A DNA stretch of 64,000 bases from a virus (IMGVR_UViG_3300035501_000471); one strand, 5' to 3'; positions 30,320 through 40,745 are shown, counted from the first letter of the stretch. Numbers and translations: made by a program. Notes: generated from the letters alone by a model not told the origin.

Positions 30320-30646
30320 ATGCGACAATCATCTTATATATATTTATTGTCAGTTGGTGATGGAGTTTACAAAATAGGAGTTTCTAAAAATGTAGAGAAA
30401 CGAGTGAAACAACTACAAACCGGAAACCCAGAAACCATTGAAATTGTTGATACGTTTTTATCAGACTATCCTTACAAAATTGAAAATGTCCTCCATAGAA
30501 GATATAAACATAGAAATATCAGAGGCGAATGTTTTTCGTTATCATTAGATGAAGTCAAAAATTTCAAGGAAGATTGTATTGTCTGTGAAACCAACTTCAA
30601 ATTGTTAGATGACTATAACAATGACATATTTTACAACATATATTAA
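30320..30646 (+). CDS. GIY-YIG (T5orf172-like) nuclease domain protein
   Basis: YIYLL, YKIGVS, RVKQLQTGNP, E..LH, RGECF. Confidence 0.82.
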   Translation: MRQSSYIYLLSVGDGVYKIGVSKNVEKRVKQLQTGNPETIEIVDTFLSDYPYKIENVLHRRYKHRNIRGECFSLSLDEVKNFKEDCIVCETNFKLLDDYNNDIFYNIY

Positions 30647-30745
30647 AAAAAGAGAGAGGACTTAAATCCTCTCTTTTCCATTTTATTCCCAAATTCTACG
30701 GATTTTCTACAAAAAACCCCCTTTAATTTCCATTTTTAGGATTTT

Positions 30746-31951
30746 TTACTTGAAATGACTTAGGGTGTCAATTTCATCAGTCTTTTCAATCAACTTCATC
30801 TTATTGTAGTTAATATTCACCCTAAATTTCTTATTCTTGTTCTGACCTTCACGAATTTTCAATATCTTAAACCAGTAATATGGAACAGCCACATTTGTTT
30901 CTTCATCTATCTCCCCAATCTGCATATCCTCAGTCTGAATAATACCAATGATTGAGTCACAAGTGTGTGCTAAACCCATACTTTCAGAAATATCCTCAAT
31001 GTTAATATCACTACCATTAAGTGCATTACGACCAATCTGAGAAGCAGTGTCAACTATAAAACCATATTTAACCGCAAGACCACGCAAATCCTCAGCCAAT
31101 GCTTTGATTTTTAGATATGTGTTTTCACTGTTAGGATTTCGATAGTTACACATAATATTAATGTAGTCAACCACCAAAATGTCAATCTTAAAATTATATA
31201 CCTCCTGAACCTCTTTAATGTAAGATTCAAGGTCAAGAACAGTACATTGACCAGTCGGATACTCCTTTATAAACAATCTTCCCAAAGGAAACATAGAACG
31301 ACTAACTAAATCATTCAACTTCTTTTTAATCTTAGTTTGTGACTTAACCAATTCATCATATTGTTCCAAAGTTATGTCAAATAAATTAGCAGATATACGT
31401 CGTGTTACTTTTTCCTCTGACATCTCACAAGTAATAAACACAACATTTTTCCCCTTTCGGATGAAGTCCGCGGCATCATTACACAAAATGATAGAATTAT
31501 GACTTAGAATTCCGTTTGTATAATATCTATGATTTTCATCATTGACTTGAATATCATACATATTTTCTTCATATCCAAGATTCTTTACACTTTTTACAGT
31601 TTCACATACAAGTTGTCCACTGTCACCTTGAACCCAGATTTTATCCGGTCGTGTATCTTTATTTAAGTCTTTAACAAACACTTCACTAAACACATCATCA
31701 AATACAATATGATTATCTGCACACTGAAGTTTTTTACCAGAGACTGTTTCAATTTCCCACACTTCATATGGAACAGTTTTACCAACACATGAAATATCTG
31801 ACCAACCTTTATCAGTTTCTATCTCCCAGTCATCATAATCAAAATGTGTCTCTACAAATTTACGATTTACATCATTGTGTAAATTATGCAAACAATCTCT
31901 ATCATCAAGTAATGCAGATGTAGTTTCTATATTATTAAATTCTATCAACAT
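30746..31951 (-). CDS. Split-intein C-part (152 aa) fused to the C-terminal half of the gp41/DnaB-like helicase
   Basis: CADNH block B, MYDIQV...YYTNGILSHN|S terminus, then FITCEMS, VVDYINIM, DTASQ, ISESMG. Confidence 0.9.
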   Translation of the reverse strand: MLIEFNNIETTSALLDDRDCLHNLHNDVNRKFVETHFDYDDWEIETDKGWSDISCVGKTVPYEVWEIETVSGKKLQCADNHIVFDDVFSEVFVKDLNKDTRPDKIWVQGDSGQLVCETVKSVKNLGYEENMYDIQVNDENHRYYTNGILSHNSIILCNDAADFIRKGKNVVFITCEMSEEKVTRRISANLFDITLEQYDELVKSQTKIKKKLNDLVSRSMFPLGRLFIKEYPTGQCTVLDLESYIKEVQEVYNFKIDILVVDYINIMCNYRNPNSENTYLKIKALAEDLRGLAVKYGFIVDTASQIGRNALNGSDINIEDISESMGLAHTCDSIIGIIQTEDMQIGEIDEETNVAVPYYWFKILKIREGQNKNKKFRVNINYNKMKLIEKTDEIDTLSHFK

Positions 31952-33098
31952 TTAATAAAAATTTTATACACGTATTAATAATTTGTTCTTTATTATTTTT
32001 ATACTCACTTTCCCAAACAGTAAATATATCAAAACCTAATTCTTGAGCAACTAATGATTTTTGTGTATCATAATCCCAGATTTCCTGTGCGGTTTTATTC
32101 ATAACACAATTCATGTCAGTTTTAATATATTGATTTGGATTCATATGCCAAAAATCACCATTATATTCAATTATTTTTTTATGGGTTTCATCAATAAACG
32201 CAAAATCATAATAGTATTGTTTATGATGTTTGAATATATGATACTGACCATTGTATACAGTCTGTGTGTAAATTTTGTCTTTAGTTATATTATTTTTCAA
32301 TAACAGTTGGACTAATTCATGACACAATTCATGTTCTGATGATGATGAAAACGCAAGTTTACCATTTATATTTGGGTCTCTAGTAAATTCTCCATTTTTA
32401 TATCTTTGTTCGATATTTTCACTCCATTTTTTGTTACGTTCACTCCATTTTTTATATCCTTGTTCTTCACCATATTTTTTAGTATATGTTTCTAATGTAT
32501 TTGTTGATTGTCTTTTCTTTAATTCCTTTTTTGCTTCTTCTATTGATAAACCTTTTTTCAAATAAAATTCAATACAACAATTAGAATACTGTTTATATTC
32601 ACCAGTATCTCTCATATGTTTTCTATATGATTTCAACTTTTCTTCACGTAACTGAGCTCTCTTTTTTACTTCCTTCTCAGCATCAACTTCACTGAAACCA
32701 AGTTCAATAAAATGTTTTTTTGACCATCCACCACGAGTTTTACCCTCAGATTTTACTTTTTTCCAGATTTCCTTTCCAACAACTGAACTCCTACTATTTG
32801 TATATTCCACACGTTTTCTTGCTTCATCTTCAGTTAAACCTTTCATCATATAATGTTCAACTGTATTTGTAGCCAGTTTTTTAGGATTATTTTTTTCGTA
32901 TTTTTTGTATCCTCTTTTCATACTAATAAACTCAGTAGGATTTCCTGTAATCGGATCTAATCCTTCATTATCTTTTTTAAAGTTATCAACATAATATTGT
33001 TCAATTTCTTTCTTTGATAATTTATGAACTTTAGTAAAATGAAATTGAAGGGTTTCTATTTTTTCAAACTCTTTATTACAAAAAGGACAAGTAAACAT
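31935..33098 (-). CDS. Free-standing homing-endonuclease-like protein between the split helicase halves
   Basis: C2H2 finger, KGLxxxEA repeats, YYDF...IIEYNGDFWH...VWE Vsr-like nuclease. Confidence 0.78.
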   Translation of the reverse strand: MFTCPFCNKEFEKIETLQFHFTKVHKLSKKEIEQYYVDNFKKDNEGLDPITGNPTEFISMKRGYKKYEKNNPKKLATNTVEHYMMKGLTEDEARKRVEYTNSRSSVVGKEIWKKVKSEGKTRGGWSKKHFIELGFSEVDAEKEVKKRAQLREEKLKSYRKHMRDTGEYKQYSNCCIEFYLKKGLSIEEAKKELKKRQSTNTLETYTKKYGEEQGYKKWSERNKKWSENIEQRYKNGEFTRDPNINGKLAFSSSSEHELCHELVQLLLKNNITKDKIYTQTVYNGQYHIFKHHKQYYYDFAFIDETHKKIIEYNGDFWHMNPNQYIKTDMNCVMNKTAQEIWDYDTQKSLVAQELGFDIFTVWESEYKNNKEQIINTCIKFLLNVDRI

Positions 33099-33144
33099 AA
33101 TTACATTATTTATTTTTACTGTATTTATGTTTACAAAGGAGTGA

Positions 33145-33840
33145 CTAATGTTGGGATAGTTTAAATAAATCTCCTATTGAAATTTCCTTAATCTCACCTG
33201 TTTTCTTATTCCTGATTTTTACTTTTGTTGAATAAGAACAACATTTTCCAATATTAGTTCCACCAATATATGCATGAAGTGTCTTAGGATCCAAACCACC
33301 ATTTGAACTTTTGTTCCAATAATCCCAAGTGAATGGAATTTTTTCTTCAACCGTTGAGTGGTGGTTTTCAGGATTAAAGAAGTCAACACCAAGATTTTTG
33401 TCAAATGTCACCAAATTTGTTTCAGACACGATATCAGTGGCTCGTCTAACAACATCTTGAACATTCTCCAAAGACACATCAGATGTTTTAATCAATGTCG
33501 CGGCCTTTGTGAAATTGGTCATCAAAGAACGAAATCTAATCCATCCTTCAGTAGTGTCCTTCAACCAATCCCTATCCATAGAATCAATATCCACATCAAA
33601 ATAACTATCAATTACATCATTAGGGATTTCACGTTTATCCGCTTCAATGATTAACTTGATTTGGTCTTTTGTGGGTGATTCTTTATATTGTTTGTAGAAA
33701 TTCTTAGCAATCATGGCGATATACTGCAAATCCTCATGTTCAAAAAAACCAGCACCTATTTGTAAAAGATACTTAGGTTTCTTTAACATATATGCAAATA
33801 TCATCTTTGATTGTTGAACACTTGTATTAATCATGACCAA
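33145..33840 (-). CDS. N-terminal half of the gp41-like helicase fused to a 32-aa split-intein N-part
   Basis: KIPFTW...NGGL...YIGGTNIGK|CCSYSTKVKIRNKKTGEIKEISIGDLF. Confidence 0.88.
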   Translation of the reverse strand: MVMINTSVQQSKMIFAYMLKKPKYLLQIGAGFFEHEDLQYIAMIAKNFYKQYKESPTKDQIKLIIEADKREIPNDVIDSYFDVDIDSMDRDWLKDTTEGWIRFRSLMTNFTKAATLIKTSDVSLENVQDVVRRATDIVSETNLVTFDKNLGVDFFNPENHHSTVEEKIPFTWDYWNKSSNGGLDPKTLHAYIGGTNIGKCCSYSTKVKIRNKKTGEIKEISIGDLFKLSQH

Positions 33841-34097
33841 GGAGTATTAATAATTTTGTAACCTTTATTCTTCTTTTTTATATATCCTAATTCTGTCAAC
33901 TCAGATATGACATTTTCTATATCTTCATCTAAAAAACCATACCTGTTCTCCATCTTAGCTGATGAAAATAAACTATCATCAACAGATTCGACACAACTTT
34001 CATACAACACATCTAATGGTGTCGGATATCCTTCCAAAGTCTTACTCAACTCTGTTAGATATTTTACTTGTATTTTATCTTTATCTAATTCGACCAT
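33831..34097 (-). CDS. Small winged-helix-like protein (start reassigned to MVELDK)
   Basis: ISELTELGYIKK..GYKI wing pattern; promoter motif at 34116-34128. Confidence 0.5.
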   Translation of the reverse strand: MVELDKDKIQVKYLTELSKTLEGYPTPLDVLYESCVESVDDSLFSSAKMENRYGFLDEDIENVISELTELGYIKKKNKGYKIINTPWS

Positions 34098-34145
34098 ACT
34101 ATAATTTTTCTGTAATAAAGATAACAAAGAGGGAGGTCTTTTTTA

Positions 34146-34300
34146 CCGTATATTAAAATCTGAACAAAATTAAACTTGTTCACTTTTAACTTCTTGTTTC
34201 AACCTACCACTACTTTTTAGGTTCAAAGATGAACGTTCATCCATAGTTGGGTAGTCCACAAGCGTGAATTCGGTTGTACTGCAACCTATTATTCTTTGAC
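34146..34300 (-). ncRNA. Putative TnpB omegaRNA (reRNA) scaffold overlapping the tnpB 3' end
   Basis: Position matches the known TnpB architecture; boundaries are approximate and inferred. Confidence 0.45.
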
Positions 34301-35411
34301 CTTCTTCTAAGATGTTTAATGATGCATTATAGTCACGTTCTATAATAGAACCACAGTTTGGACAAATCCATTGTCTATCACTTAGTTTAAGTGACTTATT
34401 TATATAACCACAATGATTACATCTCTTAGATGAAGGATAAAATCTATCAACGAAAACTAATCGTCTGTTATACCATATACTCTTGTATTCAAGTATTCTT
34501 CTAAACTCACCAAAGTTTAGTTCAGATATTGAATCTGAAAGTTTATGATTTTTAATCATTCCTTTTACATTTAAGTCCTCCATACAAATGACTTGGTTTT
34601 CATCAATTAATGAATTACTTACTTTATGTAAATAGTTTGATTTACGATCAGTTATAGTTTTATATACTTTTGCAAGTTTCTTTCTTGCTTTGTTTCTGTT
34701 GTTAGAACCTACTTTCTTTTTAGAAAGTTGTCTTTGAAGTTTCTTGATTTTCTTATATTCAGATTTCTTAAAGTGTAGGTTTTCAAAAACCTCACCGTCT
34801 GAGGTGATAACGAAGTCTTTGACTCCAAGGTCAATACCAACCATGTTAGTTGTGTCTTTGACTTTATGAGTTAAACAACCATCAACTAAGATTGATAGGT
34901 AATATTCACCACAGGGTAGTTTACTTAAAGTCGCTGATTTAATGTTTGACTTATTATCTTGAAGATACTTTGAGTATAACTTACTACATTTGAATTTGAT
35001 ATTTTTAATGTTAGCAAGTGATATCTTATAAGATAAATAGTTATTTCTCTTAGAAATAGCTTCTACTGGAAACCTACAAGACAACTTATTATCATGTTTT
35101 GATTTAAATTTTGGATAACCAGTATGACGTTCAAAGAAATTTTTATAGGAATCTAACATATCCATTATGGATTGTTTTAGAACCTTAGTATTTTGTTCCT
35201 TTAACCAAAGGAAATCTGGATTATTAATCAAATCGTGGTGAAACCACTTACTAATAGAAGTTAAATTTTCTGTTTTTCTTTCAGTTTTATAAGATTCTAT
35301 TTTATGAGCAAGACATTGATTATAAACAACACGACAACAACCAAGGAGTTTGTTGATTTGAACTTCTTGAGTCTTATTTGGATATAATCTTATTTTAACT
35401 GCTCTGTACAT
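34170..35411 (-). CDS. tnpB: RNA-guided endonuclease TnpB
   Basis: KIRLYP HTH, GIDLGVK RuvC-I, MEDLNVKGM RuvC-II, CNHCG/CPNCG Zn finger, RDYNASLNI RuvC-III. Confidence 0.93.
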   Translation of the reverse strand: MYRAVKIRLYPNKTQEVQINKLLGCCRVVYNQCLAHKIESYKTERKTENLTSISKWFHHDLINNPDFLWLKEQNTKVLKQSIMDMLDSYKNFFERHTGYPKFKSKHDNKLSCRFPVEAISKRNNYLSYKISLANIKNIKFKCSKLYSKYLQDNKSNIKSATLSKLPCGEYYLSILVDGCLTHKVKDTTNMVGIDLGVKDFVITSDGEVFENLHFKKSEYKKIKKLQRQLSKKKVGSNNRNKARKKLAKVYKTITDRKSNYLHKVSNSLIDENQVICMEDLNVKGMIKNHKLSDSISELNFGEFRRILEYKSIWYNRRLVFVDRFYPSSKRCNHCGYINKSLKLSDRQWICPNCGSIIERDYNASLNILEEGQRIIGCSTTEFTLVDYPTMDERSSLNLKSSGRLKQEVKSEQV

Positions 35412-35510
35412 CTATAAACTAAATATATAATATTTATGATGACATTTTATAATAATGTTCAAAATTTTAATCAACTATTGATAACCCCCCTCTATCTATT
35501 TTAACTTTTC

Positions 35511-36749
35511 TTAATCAAATAACAACTGTGTCTTGATTTCTTCATCTACCGTCTTTTCTTGTGTTTCTTCATCATCTTCTTCATCTACATCTTCAAATAA
35601 CTCAGCAACACTCGTAGAATCTGAATATCTAAACTCACTCTTAATATATTCATCCAGTCGTTCCAATCGTTCTTTTGTGAATACCTGTGGTGTAAATATC
35701 TTGTTTACAGGGAATATATCACCATTATCACAACAAATATTACGAGCTGTCTCACTTGGAACAAAATACTTCACTTCTTCCGGTGTTTCAACTTTAATGT
35801 ATTCATCATTTGGGTTTTTCAAGTATTCCTTTTCTGTGATGAACTTACCTCGTTGAATACCACATCGTTCAAAACTAATGTATTCCTCCAAACCAACATA
35901 AGGATTCATACCATTCACATAACTGATATAGAACTTAACCTTCTTGGGCTTACAAAAACGGTTCTTCTCAGGTTCTGCAGTCACAATAATACCTGTCTGT
36001 GTATTGTCACTTCCTTCTTTCAACTTGGCTTTCGATAGGTTGAGAATAATGGATGCACCATAAACAAGTCCTGAACCACCTGATTGTTTGGTCACAGAGA
36101 ACAAATCCAAAGTCTGATACACATGGTTAGAAAATGCGAATGTACCACCAATAAGTCCCATCTTTGAACATACGATACGGAAGATTGAACGAATAGTTTT
36201 AGGTCTTGTCATATCGGCCTTGTCAGAAGCAGATTTAGCATCATCAATTTCCTTTTGAGTGGCCAAGTTACCTACAGAGTCCAAAATAAATAAACACTTA
36301 GGAATTTGCATACCAGCTTCCTTTTTCTCAATCAACAAATCCAATGTCTGTGTAATACTGGTCTTAAATTCTTGAACAGTTCCAACAGGTTCATAACGGA
36401 ACATACTGGGATTCACTCCAAATTGGTCTAACTGACTTTTTTCAATGGCGTTTTCACTGTCATACCATATCACAAAGATGTTTTTCTTCTGGGCTTCTCG
36501 GGCGAGGTTCATCAACAAATATGTTTTACCTACACCACTTTGACCACTAATACAAATACTTCTGTTGTTGGGTATTCCTCCAAAGATACTTCCTGTCAAA
36601 CAAGCATTACAGATATAGTTACCAATAGGAATATAATCTGTAATGGCCGACACACCCGCACCATCTGACATAAGACCTCCCCACTTGGAGTTCTTATTCA
36701 TTTCTTTATTTAGATCATTAAAACTAAATTCTCCACTATTCTTTGCCAT
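35511..36749 (-). CDS. uvsX: UvsX/RecA-like recombinase
   Basis: GQSGVGKT, YDSENA, LDSVGNL, DMTR, NHVY, SGGSG..Y.AS. Confidence 0.9.
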   Translation of the reverse strand: MAKNSGEFSFNDLNKEMNKNSKWGGLMSDGAGVSAITDYIPIGNYICNACLTGSIFGGIPNNRSICISGQSGVGKTYLLMNLAREAQKKNIFVIWYDSENAIEKSQLDQFGVNPSMFRYEPVGTVQEFKTSITQTLDLLIEKKEAGMQIPKCLFILDSVGNLATQKEIDDAKSASDKADMTRPKTIRSIFRIVCSKMGLIGGTFAFSNHVYQTLDLFSVTKQSGGSGLVYGASIILNLSKAKLKEGSDNTQTGIIVTAEPEKNRFCKPKKVKFYISYVNGMNPYVGLEEYISFERCGIQRGKFITEKEYLKNPNDEYIKVETPEEVKYFVPSETARNICCDNGDIFPVNKIFTPQVFTKERLERLDEYIKSEFRYSDSTSVAELFEDVDEEDDEETQEKTVDEEIKTQLLFD

Positions 36750-36768
36750 AAACTATTTATAAATTAAA

Positions 36769-38028
36769 TTATATACTTAAAGATAACAAATCTACTATTT
36801 TTTCAGTGATTTTTTTGACCATTATTGTTTCATCTTCATCCTCCCAAACGACCATTGTAGTAAAACCGGCATCCGTTATGGTTTTCATTTTTTGTTTGTC
36901 ATAATTAAGTTTCTCATCATAACTCTGATTTGTATATAGTCCTTTCCATTCAGTATCACCATCTTTTGGATGAAACATAAGACCATTATATTCGACACAA
37001 AACTTAATGTCAGGTATTACAAAATCATAGAAATAAGGTCGTTTATATTGGTGATCCCACTTACCAAACTCATGTTCACCATAATATATCTTATCAAAAT
37101 GTATATCTTTCTTATTTAATACATCTATAACCTTTTCAAATAATTGTCTTGATGATTTACTGTATGAACATCCGGTATTTGATGATTGTACTTTCTTTTC
37201 CAACATTGATTTAGACCATTGTTTCTTCCTTTCTAAAAACTTCCTAATACCATCCTGTTCACCATATTTCTTTATATAGTTATCTACTGTATTGGTGGTT
37301 TGGATTTCTTTAACTTTTTTAACAGCTTCTTCTTCACTTAAACCTCTTTTCAACCAATATTCAACGGAACGACAAGTAACTCCTTTTTTACCTTTTCTTT
37401 TAGAGTTAGATATAGAAGAAGCGAACTTTAATCTTTCTGTATGTGCTGACTTGGCTTCCTCTAATGTATAAAGTTTACCTGTTTTTGGATTAATCTTGTC
37501 CAAAAAATACTCATACTTAAAATTTTTGGTTTTCTTTTGATTTATTTCATCTATGTTGGGATTGTTTTTGTAAGTTTCATTTCTTCTTTCTTGATAGTCA
37601 TTATACTGAGTTTCCCAATCATCACCATATTTTTCTTTGAACTTATCTTTTGAAACCGTATTTTGTCTTTGGTGAATCAAATCATCAATATATTCTTCTT
37701 TATAACATCTATTTGTATAATATATTCTTCCGACTGTTGATTTTGTATTTTCCCACATATCTTGACTAAAAACTAAATATGGTTTGATACGATTTGTTTG
37801 GAAAGTATTTTTGAAATTTCCACTATGTTCAGTAAAAAAATTGACATACTCTTTATACATTTTATTTAATTTGTCAACATTCAACATAGGTTCATGAGGG
37901 AAATTTAATCTATCTTGACATATCTGTTTGAATTTGTCTATTTTAACTGGTTCTGAAATTTCCTTAGCCGGTCTCGAGCCATAAATGAAAAATAACTCAT
38001 TTACATAACTCTTTTGATTTATATTCAT
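36769..38028 (-). CDS. Homing-endonuclease-like protein (same subfamily as 31935..33098)
   Basis: VEYWLKRGLSEEEA, YIKKYGEQDG, FYDF...VEYNGLMFHP, VVWED. Confidence 0.75.
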   Translation of the reverse strand: MNINQKSYVNELFFIYGSRPAKEISEPVKIDKFKQICQDRLNFPHEPMLNVDKLNKMYKEYVNFFTEHSGNFKNTFQTNRIKPYLVFSQDMWENTKSTVGRIYYTNRCYKEEYIDDLIHQRQNTVSKDKFKEKYGDDWETQYNDYQERRNETYKNNPNIDEINQKKTKNFKYEYFLDKINPKTGKLYTLEEAKSAHTERLKFASSISNSKRKGKKGVTCRSVEYWLKRGLSEEEAVKKVKEIQTTNTVDNYIKKYGEQDGIRKFLERKKQWSKSMLEKKVQSSNTGCSYSKSSRQLFEKVIDVLNKKDIHFDKIYYGEHEFGKWDHQYKRPYFYDFVIPDIKFCVEYNGLMFHPKDGDTEWKGLYTNQSYDEKLNYDKQKMKTITDAGFTTMVVWEDEDETIMVKKITEKIVDLLSLSI

Positions 38029-38146
38029 ATCTTCTAAATTTCTTTTAAGTATTTATGGAAAATTGTTCTAACACATGATTTACCAGACATACATATATAT
38101 TGAAAATAAAAAAGTCATAAATACTAAAAATAGATTACCTATTAAA

Positions 38147-38461
38147 ATGAAAGAAATAGATGAATGTGATGTGGCACCTGTTGGGTGTAATGTATTAGGT
38201 GATTTACCGGGGATGGGACCGATTGAATTTCCACATGATGGTAAACCGGGTTCGGGAGATATACCTATGCCCAGTGGAAAACTATACTATCAAGTTCAAC
38301 CTTTTGATTCATTTGTGAAAGACCCTCATTGGAAGAAACGTAAGAAAATGAAGAAAAAGAAAAATACTCCGGATAGTGAGATATACAAACATTCACCAAA
38401 CCCATCAGTATATAAATATGTATATGATTTTAAGACATATATGGAAAAGGCCAAGGATTAA
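38147..38461 (+). CDS. Hypothetical Pro/Gly-rich protein (start reassigned to MKEIDE)
   Basis: Late promoter CATAAATA at 38116-38123 precedes this ATG. Confidence 0.55.
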   Translation: MKEIDECDVAPVGCNVLGDLPGMGPIEFPHDGKPGSGDIPMPSGKLYYQVQPFDSFVKDPHWKKRKKMKKKKNTPDSEIYKHSPNPSVYKYVYDFKTYMEKAKD

Positions 38462-38466
38462 TTTCC

Positions 38467-39093
38467 TTAGCCTTTATTTTTTAGTTGCCCCATTATTTGA
38501 CAACCTATGAAATTTCCGATTATTGACCAGAACCAAATAAAAAATTGTGTCTTTTGAAAACCAACTGACAAACCATAAACTAAATGGTAAGCAATGTCAG
38601 CGATACAGTGAGGAAAACCACATATTATAAAGACAGGAACACAATAGAACATCGGTAAGTAAGATAATGGATTTTTGAAGTCATCTTGTGAACGGTTTGG
38701 TCTATCAACGGCATGACTCATCAACATTCCACAACCAATCGAACCCATTAAAATACCCATGTAAGATGTACTAAGTCTGGTTGAAATTATCTTAACTGCG
38801 GTAGCTGACAAAACAGGTATTTTGACCGCTCCTGTAAAATAAATCAAGGAAACAAAACAGACAATACCCAATAGATTACCTAAAATCATATAAATGTATT
38901 TGCTCCAATTTTTCCATTTTGTTTCATATCCAACCTTTCCAGTGAATAAATTAAATCTGTTATTCACTACAATAAATAGTCCGATAGTAAATAAAACCGC
39001 TCCCAAAATACCGGGGTTCAACATATATACTACTGTTCCAATTCCAATAGCAATTCCCGCATAAATTGACTTAACAAAATCTGTCCAAATCAT
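38467..39093 (-). CDS. Formate/nitrite transporter (FNT) family channel
   Basis: LFTG, GNLLG, GCGMLM and GFPHCIAD motifs; about six transmembrane helices. Confidence 0.82.
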   Translation of the reverse strand: MIWTDFVKSIYAGIAIGIGTVVYMLNPGILGAVLFTIGLFIVVNNRFNLFTGKVGYETKWKNWSKYIYMILGNLLGIVCFVSLIYFTGAVKIPVLSATAVKIISTRLSTSYMGILMGSIGCGMLMSHAVDRPNRSQDDFKNPLSYLPMFYCVPVFIICGFPHCIADIAYHLVYGLSVGFQKTQFFIWFWSIIGNFIGCQIMGQLKNKG

Positions 39094-40664
39094 TTATCTT
39101 TCTTTTTTCCTTTTCCTTTTGTAAATTTAATATTTCTATCTGGGTGAACAATTAAGTTCAGTTTATCTATCACTTCAGTAGAAAGTAGTATTCGATTACC
39201 AACTTTCTTCTTTGTTAGTTTTTGTCTTTCTTTTTCAATGTCAGTCAAATCTCTAACACACACTTCAACATCTTTTAGTGTTTTACCATCAAATGAAATG
39301 TCAAACAACACAACAGGTCTTTTATCTGATTTAACACCACCATGAAGGATTGATTTTCTTCTGACGATTTTTTTCGTAACAATTTGGTCATTTAATTTGA
39401 ACTCCAATTCTCCATCTTTTTCTTTGAAGTGGTCAGTTTTGATTGCACACATACATGAATTACCTGTGTCAAAACATCCCTTAATTGGAATACCATCTAA
39501 GTTCACCATTTCATAATAAGACACTAAATCTCTATCTTCAATATCCTGTTCGATTTCACCACCCTCAGACAGTGTTTTCTTAATGTGTTTCACTATCAAA
39601 TCTGTGGGAGCCTTGTCAGTTACTTGTGAGATACCTTTTAGTGCAGGTGATGAATTAATCTCAATAACATAATTCCTCCCTGAAATATTGTCATAACAGA
39701 TGTCAACACCACACCAAACTGAACCAATCGCCGCCGCCGCCTTCTTCGCCAGTGTTTTTTCTTCCGGTGATGGGATATAATTTGAAATGTGTCCACCAAT
39801 CGAGTAATTCGTTCTGAAATCACCATCAGCCTTTTCACGTTTCATGGATCCAATTATGATGAAGTCTTTTTCAGAAGCTCCCGCTGGTTTCAAAGTCTTA
39901 CAGAACACATGCATACGAACATCATAGTTAATTTCACAGAATGGTTGGATGATACATTTTCCCTTTGTTCTAACTAAATATTGTACTACTGATGTCAATA
40001 TATTAAGGTCTTGACACTTAAACACTCCCAAACCTTGACTACCATCCACAACCTTTACAACAACAGGTAACTGTAAATTGTTTTCGGTTAGGAATTTGTT
40101 CATGTTATCGGTAGCTTCCAATTTCTTTGAATCATGTTGTTGTCTATCTATAATAAATGTATCAATAGTATCAACACCTTTTTGTTTCAATATTTCAAAT
40201 GTCTTAGCCTTGTTTTTACATATCCCAGCAACAGACGCATCATTAGAAATCAAAAATCCATTAGCTTTCAATAATGATTTGAAATTCTTAACATTTGTCT
40301 GTGTTACTTGTTTTTCCTCATCCGTTGACTTAATTTTAACAGCATGTCGGAACATGAATATAGTGTTCTTCTTTGAAAATACACCCACATCATCTATTTG
40401 TAGTGTATTATCTTCATTTAATTTGTATTTTATATTATCAACATCAACAGGATAAATATTTACACCATATTTGTCAGCTGATTTTTTGAACCTACTATAT
40501 TCTCCATGTGAATTGTCATTGTGAGGATTCTTAGTAACAAATATAATGTTACATCCCGTCTTTGGTTTGTCATCGGTAGATTCAGACTTACTTTCGGTTA
40601 ACCCCCTACTCAATAAACCTAAACATCCCTGTGAACTCATGTATTCTTCAAATGACTGAATCAT
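39090..40664 (-). CDS. RimK-like ATP-grasp ligase fused to a retropepsin-like aspartic protease
   Basis: VVKVVDGSQGLGV, DVR, FRTNYSIGG, GVDI, IEINSSP; C-terminal FDTGN...KRPVV...ILLS. Confidence 0.85.
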   Translation of the reverse strand: MIQSFEEYMSSQGCLGLLSRGLTESKSESTDDKPKTGCNIIFVTKNPHNDNSHGEYSRFKKSADKYGVNIYPVDVDNIKYKLNEDNTLQIDDVGVFSKKNTIFMFRHAVKIKSTDEEKQVTQTNVKNFKSLLKANGFLISNDASVAGICKNKAKTFEILKQKGVDTIDTFIIDRQQHDSKKLEATDNMNKFLTENNLQLPVVVKVVDGSQGLGVFKCQDLNILTSVVQYLVRTKGKCIIQPFCEINYDVRMHVFCKTLKPAGASEKDFIIIGSMKREKADGDFRTNYSIGGHISNYIPSPEEKTLAKKAAAAIGSVWCGVDICYDNISGRNYVIEINSSPALKGISQVTDKAPTDLIVKHIKKTLSEGGEIEQDIEDRDLVSYYEMVNLDGIPIKGCFDTGNSCMCAIKTDHFKEKDGELEFKLNDQIVTKKIVRRKSILHGGVKSDKRPVVLFDISFDGKTLKDVEVCVRDLTDIEKERQKLTKKKVGNRILLSTEVIDKLNLIVHPDRNIKFTKGKGKKKDK

Positions 40665-40745
40665 GTCGAATTTTTAATTATATTTATATGTTATTTATGA
40701 AAAATTAAGGCACACATAAATAATATAACAAATAATGTAAAACAA

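Larger units (their letters stand above)
34146..35484 (-). mobile_element. Non-autonomous IS607-like element (TnpB only)
   Basis: Bounded by GG dinucleotides; removing it rejoins an intact terminator hairpin; no tnpA gene inside. Confidence 0.72.
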
